DNA from: Candidatus Gottesmanbacteria bacterium
Lineage (GTDB): Bacteria > Patescibacteriota > Microgenomatia > UBA10105 > UBA927
Direction: 5' to 3'
NCBI GenBank assembly: GCA_963790805.1
Contig: CAWBPL010000002.1
Span: 1,148,860 to 1,212,859, forward strand
Length of the DNA: 64,000 nucleotides
Shown here: piece after piece, positions 8,593 through 17,160 of the stretch
Position numbering within the stretch: position 1 is the first letter of the stretch
How the letters are laid out: each line of letters begins with the position of its first letter
The notes under the pieces: generated by a model
Database searches by the model: none
Seen by the model: only the letters and a program-made list of their open reading frames with translations
What the model was told of the DNA's origin: nothing
Translations under genes and position numbers: made by a program

Positions 8593-8964
8593 TTATTGCC
8601 GAGCCGGTTCAAGCCCATCGGCCCACTTCAGAAGAGAACTCGCGATCGCCGGTCCGATGGTTGAGCTAAGCGGTATACACGTATCTATTTTATTATTTGC
8701 TAAAAACATTCCAAACGTTGACTCTGCAAGTCCTCCAAGAACTGGTATCGCAAAGGGGTCATCAGCCACCGAATCGACGGGGACGCCTCCGTGACTTATG
8801 CGCAGTCCAAGAGCAACAAGATATACCGCTAACGTACCAGTCACTAATATCCCAGTAACGGCGTCTTTTGGCGTATACATCTTCGCGGACACTTCATTGA
8901 TTCTTAGTCCCGCTTTACCGGCGAGTTCACCGACCTTATACGATAGACATTGTTCTGGCGCCAT
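8593..8964 (-). CDS. Hypothetical membrane protein
   Basis: 123-aa ORF with 2-3 hydrophobic segments. A weak fifth repeat-like sequence (8563-8588) sits just past its stop. Confidence 0.45.
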   Translation of the reverse strand: MAPEQCLSYKVGELAGKAGLRINEVSAKMYTPKDAVTGILVTGTLAVYLVALGLRISHGGVPVDSVADDPFAIPVLGGLAESTFGMFLANNKIDTCIPLSSTIGPAIASSLLKWADGLEPARQ

Positions 8965-9020
8965 AAACGTCCATTATACATATATCCTGTTATTTTTCAA
9001 TTCAACGGCGACTCTCGTCC

Positions 9021-9029
9021 TGCTATAAT
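9021..9029 (+). promoter_or_regulatory. Extended -10 promoter of the VIT1-family gene (near-leaderless)
   Basis: TGCTATAAT followed by 8 nt and then the ATG at 9038. Confidence 0.45.
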
Positions 9030-9037
9030 AAGTTCGT

Positions 9038-9769
9038 ATGGTTGAGGAACCGCACAAACCAGAGCATATATACGGGGAAAAGGACCGCATAAATGCCGTT
9101 TCCAAAATTCGCGAAATCGTTTTCGGGGCGCAGGACGGGTTACTGGTTCCACTGGGCGTTGTTTCCTCTGTGGCCGGCGCATTTAGCAATAATCATATCG
9201 TCATCGTCGCAGGCATTTCAGAAGCGCTCGCGGGAGCATTTTCCATGGCAACAGGCGCATATCTGGCGACGCAGGCAGAACAGCAGGTCCATACTGCGCA
9301 AATTTTGAAAGAGGAAAAGGAGATAGACGAATATCCAGAAGATGAAAAAAAGGAGATGAGCTTATTGTTTGAACGGGAAGGAATGCCGAATGCTGACGCC
9401 GATACCATCTCGAATATGCTCTGGAAACATAAAAAATCATTTATCTACACCATGGTACAAAAAGAGCTGGGTCTGGAACCTGAACCCGCCGATAATATTC
9501 TACAGGATTCATTACTTGTCGGCGTTTCATATCTTGTGGCCGCAATGATTCCACTGTTCCCATATTTTTTCCTCAAAGGGTTTTCAGCCATCATCGCATC
9601 AATACTTGCCACCTTTGTTGCTCTTTTCGGCATTGGCGTTGCGAAGGGAAAATTCGCGTCTCTTCCGTATATCAAAAGCGGTTTACAGGTCTTGCTTGTC
9701 GGTGCCGGAGCCGGCATCGGAGGATATTTTTTAGGAACAATGCTCCCCCATGTGCTGGGAATTCAATAA
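9038..9769 (+). CDS. VIT1/CCC1-family iron/manganese transporter
   Basis: REIVFGAQDGLLVPLGVVSSVAG signature, central acidic helix, C-terminal TM bundle. Confidence 0.8.
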   Translation: MVEEPHKPEHIYGEKDRINAVSKIREIVFGAQDGLLVPLGVVSSVAGAFSNNHIVIVAGISEALAGAFSMATGAYLATQAEQQVHTAQILKEEKEIDEYPEDEKKEMSLLFEREGMPNADADTISNMLWKHKKSFIYTMVQKELGLEPEPADNILQDSLLVGVSYLVAAMIPLFPYFFLKGFSAIIASILATFVALFGIGVAKGKFASLPYIKSGLQVLLVGAGAGIGGYFLGTMLPHVLGIQ

Positions 9770-9787
9770 TAATTGCTGATGGAGATT

Positions 9788-10342
9788 TTAAATTCCAGCC
9801 GATAAACTTATTACATTGACCGCATTGGATAAATGCGTTACCCAAGGGTTATCAACTGCGAGGCGCAGTTCAAATAATTTCGCAACGGCTATAAAATCTT
9901 TGATCTCGGAAATTCTGTTTTGCGGGCCGGTAAAAATCTGTTCAAATTGTTTTACCGTTTCTTTTGCATATCCCTCAGCTGGCTTAGTGAGCACGATATG
10001 TTCGAGGTAGCGAACTATTTTTTGAAACTCATTCCTGTCTAACCAAACACCGCCGCATTTTTTGCAAACGCCGATAACTACTTTTGATTCCGAATATGTT
10101 TTTGAGGTAAGTTTTATATGGCATTGTGGACATACCTTACCGCTTTCCTCTGATGTATATTTCCCTTTCACATCCTCAAATACATTGAAGTCTAACCATC
10201 GAAGATAATTATCCTTGCTGTCAATTGCTTTTTTCAGCTCGTCATGATCAAACCATTTCCCGCCGCACGTAGTACATTCACAGATGTTGACACCCAAATA
10301 TGAAGCTATTTTGAGCACATTGCCACAATCGGGACATTTCAT
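9788..10342 (-). CDS. Zinc-ribbon protein (two TFIIB-type CxxC...CxxC modules)
   Basis: MKCPDCG...CTTCGGKWFDHDEL and CPQCH...CKKCGGVWLDRNEF. Confidence 0.6.
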   Translation of the reverse strand: MKCPDCGNVLKIASYLGVNICECTTCGGKWFDHDELKKAIDSKDNYLRWLDFNVFEDVKGKYTSEESGKVCPQCHIKLTSKTYSESKVVIGVCKKCGGVWLDRNEFQKIVRYLEHIVLTKPAEGYAKETVKQFEQIFTGPQNRISEIKDFIAVAKLFELRLAVDNPWVTHLSNAVNVISLSAGI

Positions 10343-10381
10343 ATATGTAGCGATAATATCATACTACGATATGGATTAGTA

Positions 10382-10993
10382 CTAAATTTTAGATTCAAAT
10401 ACGTGAATGCCGATTTGCGAAGCAAGCTGTTCGATCTGCTCAGGAGTAAAAATTGCTCCTTTTAGATTATCTGTTTGTAAGTTGAATCCCTGTATTTCCG
10501 CTCCACGAAAATCTGTCATATCTAATTTTGCCTTATCCAGCTTTATGTTTATTATTCGCGAATTGATAAATAACGTTTTGGAGAGATCCGAAAGCGATAG
10601 GTCGGTTTCAAAAAAAGAACTTTTCGACAAATCGAGTCCTGAAAGATCAACACCCCGCAAGTCCGCATAATCGAAATTACATCGGCTAAATTTGACGCCG
10701 ATCAGTGAATTTGCGCGTGAAAATACAACGCCCATTAATTTGCACTCAATAAATGCAGTGGAAAAGAAATTCGAACCCGAAACATTTGCATTGCTGAAGT
10801 TACAGTTGGTAAATACCGCATTGTTACATTTCGTTCCTGTTAGATCGCATTTGGCAAAAGAACAGTTCGTGAAGCTAGTTTCCTGTAAATTGCTGTTTTT
10901 TATAACGCACGCATCAAATATGCAATTTTTATACGATTCCCCTGTTTTCAGTTGATCAATTTCCTCCTGCGTGTAGATTTTAGGCTTCTGCAT
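10382..10993 (-). CDS. Pentapeptide-repeat protein
   Basis: Long run of A(D/N)LxX-type pentapeptides, for example NCSFAKCDLTGTKCNNAVFTNCNFSNANVSGSNF. Confidence 0.85.
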   Translation of the reverse strand: MQKPKIYTQEEIDQLKTGESYKNCIFDACVIKNSNLQETSFTNCSFAKCDLTGTKCNNAVFTNCNFSNANVSGSNFFSTAFIECKLMGVVFSRANSLIGVKFSRCNFDYADLRGVDLSGLDLSKSSFFETDLSLSDLSKTLFINSRIINIKLDKAKLDMTDFRGAEIQGFNLQTDNLKGAIFTPEQIEQLASQIGIHVFESKI

Positions 10994-11005
10994 ATTGAAA
11001 TAATG

Positions 11006-11458
11006 TTACTGCGTAACACTTATGGTAGCACCTAACTGCGAAGCTGGAGCGGCGACAGTAAGACGGCTGTTGGCGGCACTTTTAAAAATTGTGTAATTTG
11101 TATTGTACGCTGAGGTACAATCTGTCACTGCTGTACCGTTATTGGTAAGCGGGTCAACAGGAAGGGCTGCGATATACGTCGGAACAAGCATTGAGCATAA
11201 GTCAACTCCTCCCGACTGTTCTATGGTTTGCACACTGGTTAATACGCCAGCGGGATATACGCCTCGGTTGGCAACAGCATAATGCTCTACTGCATTTAAG
11301 ATGGCGCTAACGTCGCTTCTTCGCTTCGTATTATTGGCCTGCTGAAATTGCCGTGCAGGATTGAGAGCTACAAGGACGATTGCAACAAGAACAGCAATAA
11401 TTCCTATAACGACAACCAGTTCTATAAGAGTAAAACCTCTGCGCCGTAATGAGTACAT
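11006..11458 (-). CDS. Type IV pilin / pseudopilin (prepilin-type N-terminal methylation domain)
   Basis: MYSLRRRGFTLIELVVVIGIIAVLVAIVL: class III signal peptide with a G/F cleavage site and E+5. Start moved to the internal Met at 11458. Confidence 0.85.
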   Translation of the reverse strand: MYSLRRRGFTLIELVVVIGIIAVLVAIVLVALNPARQFQQANNTKRRSDVSAILNAVEHYAVANRGVYPAGVLTSVQTIEQSGGVDLCSMLVPTYIAALPVDPLTNNGTAVTDCTSAYNTNYTIFKSAANSRLTVAAPASQLGATISVTQ

Positions 11459-11521
11459 ACTGATATCAAAATCTACCCTTAGCGTAGCGTTGATAATCAG
11501 GAAAATCAATAATGAATGCAA

Positions 11522-12061
11522 TTACTGCTTTTTATCAGGTACAAAATAGAGAGCAACCGAATTCATGCAATAACGTTTACCCGTAGGCTTCGGTCCGTCA
11601 TCAAACACGTGACCCAAATGGCTTGCGCATTTATCAAGTACCTCAACTCGCGGTTCAGAGGGTATACTATCATCTTCGCGAAGTACGAGCGCCTCTGGGC
11701 TTATCGGTGCCCAAAAACTCGGCCAGCCCGTGCCGGAATCATATTTTTGTTCAGAACGAAATACCGGCTCATTACATCCGACGCTGTAATACGTACCTTT
11801 TCTGTTTTCAGAATCCAAAACCCCGCTAAAGGGGATTTCCGTTCCCTGTTCCCGCAATATGTTGTACTGTGTTGGTGTGAGAATCTTTCTCCACTGGCTA
11901 TCCGACTTGAATTTTGTCTGGTCAAAGGAACCGGATATGATTTTTCCAGCTGGTTGAGCGCTTCCTCTAACAAATCCCTGTATAACAGGAAAGTTTCTAT
12001 ACCATAAAGCAACGGTAAATAGAAAAAGTATGCCTGCGATAATCAGAAACTTTTTACTCAT
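11522..12061 (-). CDS. msrB: Peptide-methionine (R)-S-oxide reductase MsrB with N-terminal membrane anchor
   Basis: GTGWPSF and RYCMNS catalytic motifs. N-terminal KKFLIIAGILFLFTVALW hydrophobic anchor or signal. Confidence 0.9.
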   Translation of the reverse strand: MSKKFLIIAGILFLFTVALWYRNFPVIQGFVRGSAQPAGKIISGSFDQTKFKSDSQWRKILTPTQYNILREQGTEIPFSGVLDSENRKGTYYSVGCNEPVFRSEQKYDSGTGWPSFWAPISPEALVLREDDSIPSEPRVEVLDKCASHLGHVFDDGPKPTGKRYCMNSVALYFVPDKKQ

Positions 12062-12158
12062 AACAATGTACGATACTTTACATATTGTAGCGGTTTTTCA
12101 CGTAGTTCGTCAAAAATCGATCAGTAAAGCGTAGTAGAATAGATACAGAGCCGCTCCT

Positions 12159-12680
12159 ATGTCCAACAAACAATCGCAACTAACAGAAAAACGCATCGAG
12201 GAGGAATTCCATGTCTCGTGGTTTATCGTCGCGTATAAATTTCTGTTTGGACTTATCGAATTTCTCTCGGGCGTAGGAATCGCTACATTCGGCAAAAATA
12301 TCCTGTCCATATACAGGCTGTACGTTAGACAGGAACTCATGGAAGAGCCTCATGATTTACTCATCCGCTTCAGTGAGAAAGTCGTCCCGCATATTCTTAC
12401 CCATAACGGGTTTATCCTTGTTTATTTAATTCTTTTGGGCGCCGCAAAAATGGCAGGAGCGGTGGGTCTTATGTATAAACAAATGTGGGGTGTTGATCTT
12501 TTAATCGTTCTTACTGTACTGCTATTCCCGTTCCAATTTATTACCATTCTTTTCCACCCGTCGTTTTTTAATATCTTCTATCTTTTAACAGGGCTTCTTA
12601 TTGCCTTATACCTTGTTAATTTCAGACCAAAAGAATGGGCTGTCAGAATGGTTGGTAACGTAAGAAAAAAGAGGAATTGA
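12159..12680 (+). CDS. DUF2127-like integral membrane protein
   Basis: 173 aa with four hydrophobic helices. Family assignment is from memory only. Confidence 0.5.
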   Translation: MSNKQSQLTEKRIEEEFHVSWFIVAYKFLFGLIEFLSGVGIATFGKNILSIYRLYVRQELMEEPHDLLIRFSEKVVPHILTHNGFILVYLILLGAAKMAGAVGLMYKQMWGVDLLIVLTVLLFPFQFITILFHPSFFNIFYLLTGLLIALYLVNFRPKEWAVRMVGNVRKKRN

Positions 12681-12687
12681 TAGAACC

Positions 12688-12717
12688 GCAGGGCTATTGA
12701 AACCCCTGCAGGTTTTG
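12688..12717 (+). terminator. Intrinsic terminator between convergent genes
   Basis: GCAGGG-ctattgaaac-CCCTGC hairpin followed by AGGTTTTG. It overlaps the last codons of the minus-strand gene 12694-13044. Confidence 0.45.
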
Positions 12718-13044
12718 CATCTGACTATCGATTTGTGCGTTGAGCGAGTGTCCGATATTAAATATTTCAATAACAGTGACAATAAGTGAAAGAACAGTCA
12801 AACCAATACAAATCATTCCTACGCGTTTGGAGGCAGGGTCATCCTGCTTATAATAGCGGTACCCCCAAATGAACCCGAATGGCGGTAATAAGATGCTTCC
12901 TGCATAATACAGAAGTTGCGTCATAAGCTGTGTTGACGGAGGTTTTTCATGAAGGTTCTTCCCGCAGTTGTAGCAAAAAAAATCTGATGGACGGACGGCT
13001 ACATGACAGACCGGACACGTTGGTTCCATATATTCATTGTACAC
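12694..13044 (-). CDS. Zinc-ribbon membrane protein
   Basis: N-terminal CPVCH...CYNCG zinc ribbon followed by two TM helices. Confidence 0.55.
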   Translation of the reverse strand: MYNEYMEPTCPVCHVAVRPSDFFCYNCGKNLHEKPPSTQLMTQLLYYAGSILLPPFGFIWGYRYYKQDDPASKRVGMICIGLTVLSLIVTVIEIFNIGHSLNAQIDSQMQNLQGFQ

Positions 13045-13084
13045 ACGTTTGCTCCGTTATCACAAGAGAAATTGTGTAGCCGCT

Positions 13085-13750
13085 CTAGGCCAATGAGGAA
13101 ATCCGAAGAACGTCAAAACACTCGGCGTATGTGCCCTTTTCCAGCATGGCTCCCCGATATCGGTTCAGGCCGCGCGCGGCTTCATCGTAGGCTACGTTGG
13201 CAAGCTGGGTTTTGTGTTTGCGCAGCGCTTCAATTTTCTTACCTATAACACCGCTTATGTCTTCGACGTACGTAATTCGTTCAAGCGGAGTCCATACTTC
13301 ATAGGCGAGGATTGATCCGACATCCCATGGTGACCCTTCGTATTCTTGAAAGGCGTTCCCTCTGGCGCGGCCGATCGCCTCCATAACGATTATGTGAGTA
13401 TTCTTATGATCTCCGTGACCGTCGTTTTTGTGCGGAAGATATACGCGGTCCGGCTTGTAGTCTCTGATCATTTTAACCAGCGTTTTTAAAATTTCTGAGG
13501 AATAGGTAATGAAACCATCGGGCAACCGCAAAAAAGTACTTTGATGAACATCCATCGCCCCTAACGCTTCGTGAGCTTCCTGTTCCCGCATTCTTGCCAA
13601 TTCGCTTTTAGGTATAGTGCGGCTTCCTGATTCCCCTGACGTAAGGTATACGACGTGAACGTCATGTCCGGATTGCCGTAATTTTATAATACTACCGCCA
13701 CAGCCTATGACATCATCATCAGGATGCGGTGCGAAAACGAATACGTTCAT
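13085..13750 (-). CDS. PIG-L/LmbE-family N-acetylglucosaminyl deacetylase
   Basis: FAPHPDDDVIGCGG and HKNDGHGDH metal motifs. ATGA overlap with the upstream GT4 stop, with start set at Met 13750. Confidence 0.85.
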   Translation of the reverse strand: MNVFVFAPHPDDDVIGCGGSIIKLRQSGHDVHVVYLTSGESGSRTIPKSELARMREQEAHEALGAMDVHQSTFLRLPDGFITYSSEILKTLVKMIRDYKPDRVYLPHKNDGHGDHKNTHIIVMEAIGRARGNAFQEYEGSPWDVGSILAYEVWTPLERITYVEDISGVIGKKIEALRKHKTQLANVAYDEAARGLNRYRGAMLEKGTYAECFDVLRISSLA

Positions 13751-15000
13751 ATATTTTCCTCTTTCATCAATATAGTATACAGTGAAGAAATTTGTTTTGC
13801 TGTACTGGCCCATGTCAGATCTTTTATCCGCAGGCGGATTGATTTACCGATTTCCTCACGATTCTTCGGATCAAGTAATAGATATTCTATCTGAGACGCG
13901 AGAAGCAGAGGGTTGTTGACAGACGTAATAAGCGACCCATGTTTTTCGTCGATAAGACTCGACACTCCCGTCGCATTCGTGGTAATAACTGGCGTACCGC
14001 ACGCCATAGCTTCAAGCGCCGCCATACCGAATGATTCATAATGTGATGGCATGACAACGACATTTGCTGCGTTGTAATAATAGGGCAAGGTGTGCTGCGG
14101 TTGCTGGCCGACAAAATTTACGTTTGCGGTAAGATGCAACAGCGTTCTAATTGTATTTAACGATTTCAGTGTTTCTGACCATGCCTCAGGAACCTGCGAT
14201 ATATCGCCGCCCACGATGCATAAATACACGGGAATATTTGGATTGCGCTGTGTAACTATTTTTAGCGCGTACAAAAGAAGATCAATTCCCTTTAAGGGTT
14301 CTATCCGTCCGGCAAAAAGAATTAATTTCTGTTCGTGCGATACATGAATATAATCCTTTGCTGTATTCATATCTATGGGGCGAAATAAATTCATATCAAC
14401 GCCCGGAGGAATAACGGCTATTTTTTCCTTCTTGGCACCGTAAAAAAACTCAAGATAGCTTTTTTCACTTTCACTGGGCGCCACGATGCGGTCAACCTGT
14501 GTAATTAAAAGTTTTTCTGCCTCAATCCGTTTTGGATCCTCTTTTTCCGCATCATTTCTGGCAACAAGATTTTTCATAAGCGCTAAAGTATGAAATGACA
14601 TGATAATGGGTATTTTTGGCTTCAATCGACTCTGAATTTGTACGGCGATAAGACCGGACAAATAATAGTGTGCGTCGAGTGCATCATATGTTACGTGTTC
14701 TTTTGAGCAAAAATCGATAAACGCGTTAACAAAATCCGGTATATAGGGCGCAAGTTCTTTTTTGGATATCGGTTTCTCCCCTCCTGCAACAAGGTGAATA
14801 ACACGAAGTGACGGTGAAACATTCACGATCGCCTCATTATCGGCTCCCTGCGATCGGGTAAATATATCAACTGTATACCCAAGCCCGACAAGTGCCCGAC
14901 CTAATTCCAACGTATAGACATTCATTCCACCTGACTCTTTCCCTTCTTCGCTGGCTAAGGGACAGGTATGATAGGAAATCATTGCGATGCGTTGTTTCAT
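13747..15000 (-). CDS. GT4-family glycosyltransferase (MshA/BshA-like)
   Basis: N-terminal ISYHTCPLASEEGKESGGMNVY resembles MshA. C-terminal E-x7-E region (FGMAALEAMACGTPVI). Confidence 0.8.
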   Translation of the reverse strand: MKQRIAMISYHTCPLASEEGKESGGMNVYTLELGRALVGLGYTVDIFTRSQGADNEAIVNVSPSLRVIHLVAGGEKPISKKELAPYIPDFVNAFIDFCSKEHVTYDALDAHYYLSGLIAVQIQSRLKPKIPIIMSFHTLALMKNLVARNDAEKEDPKRIEAEKLLITQVDRIVAPSESEKSYLEFFYGAKKEKIAVIPPGVDMNLFRPIDMNTAKDYIHVSHEQKLILFAGRIEPLKGIDLLLYALKIVTQRNPNIPVYLCIVGGDISQVPEAWSETLKSLNTIRTLLHLTANVNFVGQQPQHTLPYYYNAANVVVMPSHYESFGMAALEAMACGTPVITTNATGVSSLIDEKHGSLITSVNNPLLLASQIEYLLLDPKNREEIGKSIRLRIKDLTWASTAKQISSLYTILMKEENI

Positions 15001-15052
15001 AAATAAGGTGTGGAAATTATTATACCATTACGCGTTGCTATCACGCGTTACC

Positions 15053-15214
15053 CTAATTATTTGATTGATCCGAAGGATTGTTGGTATCGTTCCCGATTTT
15101 CAAATTCAATTCGCCCTTAAATAATTTAAGAACCACCCAAACAACAACACCGATAATAAGTGCTATAAGAAGTCCTATCGCTCCTAACGCTGCAAGAAGT
15201 ATTCCTTGAATCAT
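15053..15214 (-). CDS. Unannotated 53-aa single-pass membrane protein
   Basis: Own translation: MIQGILLAALGAIGLLIALIIGVVVWVVLKLFKGELNLKIGNDTNNPSDQSNN*. Its ATG overlaps the response-regulator stop (ATGA). Too short for the ORF track. Confidence 0.5.
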   Translation of the reverse strand: MIQGILLAALGAIGLLIALIIGVVVWVVLKLFKGELNLKIGNDTNNPSDQSNN

Positions 15215-15606
15215 ATGGGTATTTCGTTTTTCACGACAAATGCGCTTAGCACATCATTAATGGTACGTACCAATTGCTTATTTTCCGTTTGACTCTTAAT
15301 GAGAAATTTTACGGCACCGTGCTTGAGTGCTTCGTCTTGGTAACTGCGGTCGGAAAGGTTTGTCAACATAATAACTGGAATTTTTTTTGTTTGTTCGTCA
15401 AACTGTAAAACGTCAAGCGCTTCAAAACCATTCATTGCAGGCATCATTATATCGAGTAATATAAGATCTGGTTTTTCCTCAACTGCTTTTTGGCGGCAGT
15501 TATTTGCGTTATCAATGGAAATAACAGTAAATCCCTCGGTTGTTAAAACATTTGTATATAAACGCGATTCTATAGGGTCGTCTTCCACAAGAAGAATTTT
15601 GTTCAT
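15211..15606 (-). CDS. Stand-alone response regulator receiver domain (CheY-like)
   Basis: KILLVEDD...DLILLDIMMPAMNG...K. No output domain and no adjacent histidine kinase. Confidence 0.85.
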   Translation of the reverse strand: MNKILLVEDDPIESRLYTNVLTTEGFTVISIDNANNCRQKAVEEKPDLILLDIMMPAMNGFEALDVLQFDEQTKKIPVIMLTNLSDRSYQDEALKHGAVKFLIKSQTENKQLVRTINDVLSAFVVKNEIPI

Positions 15607-15632
15607 ATGATAACAGTTGTACACTAGTGGAA

Positions 15633-16592
15633 TTAGTTATGCAAGAAATTTCCGTACTCACCAAACTGTTTATATCCCACGTTTAAAAAATCTAACAATG
15701 CTTTGCCGGTTCTATAACTCGGCCGGAGACGAAAAAGATAATACCGATTGGACAGGCTCTGTCGTTCACCCGGAATCGTTGATACTGCAGTACGAAAACC
15801 GGCGTTTTTTACTTCATCAATAGCCTGCTGGTCAAATTCTCCGTTTGGATATGCGAAAGAAACTACGGGAATATTATATTCCAACTCGAGAGTCTGCCGG
15901 CTGACATTCACTTCGCTTCGTACGAGCGAATCAGCCTTGCCCTTTAACGATACGTGATGAACGGTATGCGCTCCTATTTCAACGAGACCGCTGTTGATTA
16001 CTTCACGAAGCTGGGCGCTACTCATAAAATCCGCCCCGCCTATAAGGCCGGAGATAATATACGCTGTCGCTTTTACATGATATTTCTGCAGTATCGGTAA
16101 AACGACCGTCTCCAAATCCCAATGTCCGTCATCAAACGTTAAAAGAACCGGCTTTGCCGGAAGCGCCATTTTATTATCCAACACATCAGCCATCTCCTTT
16201 GCCGTCATAAATGTGTAACCGGCCGAAAGGAGTGTTTTTATTTGCTCTTCAAATACGTTCGGATTTATATCCAATGATTGCCGTATCGTATCGCGCTTAT
16301 CCTGCACATATTCAACGTAATGATACATAAGAATCGGAACAGTTATTGACGCCGACGGACTTGCTTCCTTTGATTGGTTTATCTGATTTCGTCTCACTTC
16401 GATCGGAATTCGTTTCATTTCACTTCGCGTTGATTCTATGACCGGATGTATTTGCACGGACAGAAACTTCCACAAAGCAAAAAAGAAAAGACCAAGAAGG
16501 ACTATATACGGCGCTCCGTGAACGACTAAATCGATACGATCGTTCAACGATTTTTTATGTCTTGTGTGTTTTTCCATAAACAAGTGTGTCAT
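15633..16592 (-). CDS. Polysaccharide deacetylase (NodB homology domain), membrane-anchored
   Basis: LLTFDDGHWD and HTVHH motifs. N-terminal TM helix. Confidence 0.85.
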   Translation of the reverse strand: MTHLFMEKHTRHKKSLNDRIDLVVHGAPYIVLLGLFFFALWKFLSVQIHPVIESTRSEMKRIPIEVRRNQINQSKEASPSASITVPILMYHYVEYVQDKRDTIRQSLDINPNVFEEQIKTLLSAGYTFMTAKEMADVLDNKMALPAKPVLLTFDDGHWDLETVVLPILQKYHVKATAYIISGLIGGADFMSSAQLREVINSGLVEIGAHTVHHVSLKGKADSLVRSEVNVSRQTLELEYNIPVVSFAYPNGEFDQQAIDEVKNAGFRTAVSTIPGERQSLSNRYYLFRLRPSYRTGKALLDFLNVGYKQFGEYGNFLHN

Positions 16593-16683
16593 TCTATTTT
16601 ACGGTTCAACGTAAAAATAGTCTACCGCAAAAAAATATATTCAGGCTTGATTTCTTCTGAAAATATCAGTACAGTAAGAGCCT

Positions 16684-17160
16684 ATGAATACACAACAAGA
16701 CGATGTCCCAACAACGAATCCGCCAATAACAGAAACGGCAACAACGGGCGCGCAAGATACCAATGCAGCGCAAGTGCTACTCGATCTTGAACAACTCATT
16801 AAAACACACATAGCCAATATCGATAAAGGCAAAGCGGAACTGAAAAAACAGCGCGAAATGCTCTCAAGCGTTCTTGATAACGATGAAACGTACAGGCTTC
16901 ACAACGAGGAAGCGAAAAAAGCGGCTAAAACCAGAGCGCAGACAAAATTCCAAATTATGCAGCAACCGCAGAATAAACAACTGGCGGATAAAATCCGGAC
17001 GACAGCAGCGGAAATAAAAGAACAGGACGGCGCATTATCAGATTATCTTCGTGAATATCAGCGTATGAGCGGATCCTCAGAAATTGAAACAGATGACGGT
17101 GAAGTCAGAGAAATCGTCTACGTAGCGAAACTAGTGAAAAAATCTTCCAGGCAAAAATAG
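16684..17160 (+). CDS. Hypothetical coiled-coil protein
   Basis: 158 aa, charged and helical. TTGATT-17-TACAGT promoter followed by 8 nt before the ATG. Confidence 0.5.
   Translation: MNTQQDDVPTTNPPITETATTGAQDTNAAQVLLDLEQLIKTHIANIDKGKAELKKQREMLSSVLDNDETYRLHNEEAKKAAKTRAQTKFQIMQQPQNKQLADKIRTTAAEIKEQDGALSDYLREYQRMSGSSEIETDDGEVREIVYVAKLVKKSSRQK

Noticed and set aside
3026-9041. Treating every TTCGTAT heptamer as one family (dinB promoter repeats, VIT1 start region GTTCGTATGG at 9032, an internal carB copy near 60041)
   Set aside because: About 8 occurrences of any heptamer are expected by chance in 64 kb over both strands. Only m1-m4 (and weakly 8563-8588) share 25-50 nt of extended similarity and a fixed position relative to stop codons.
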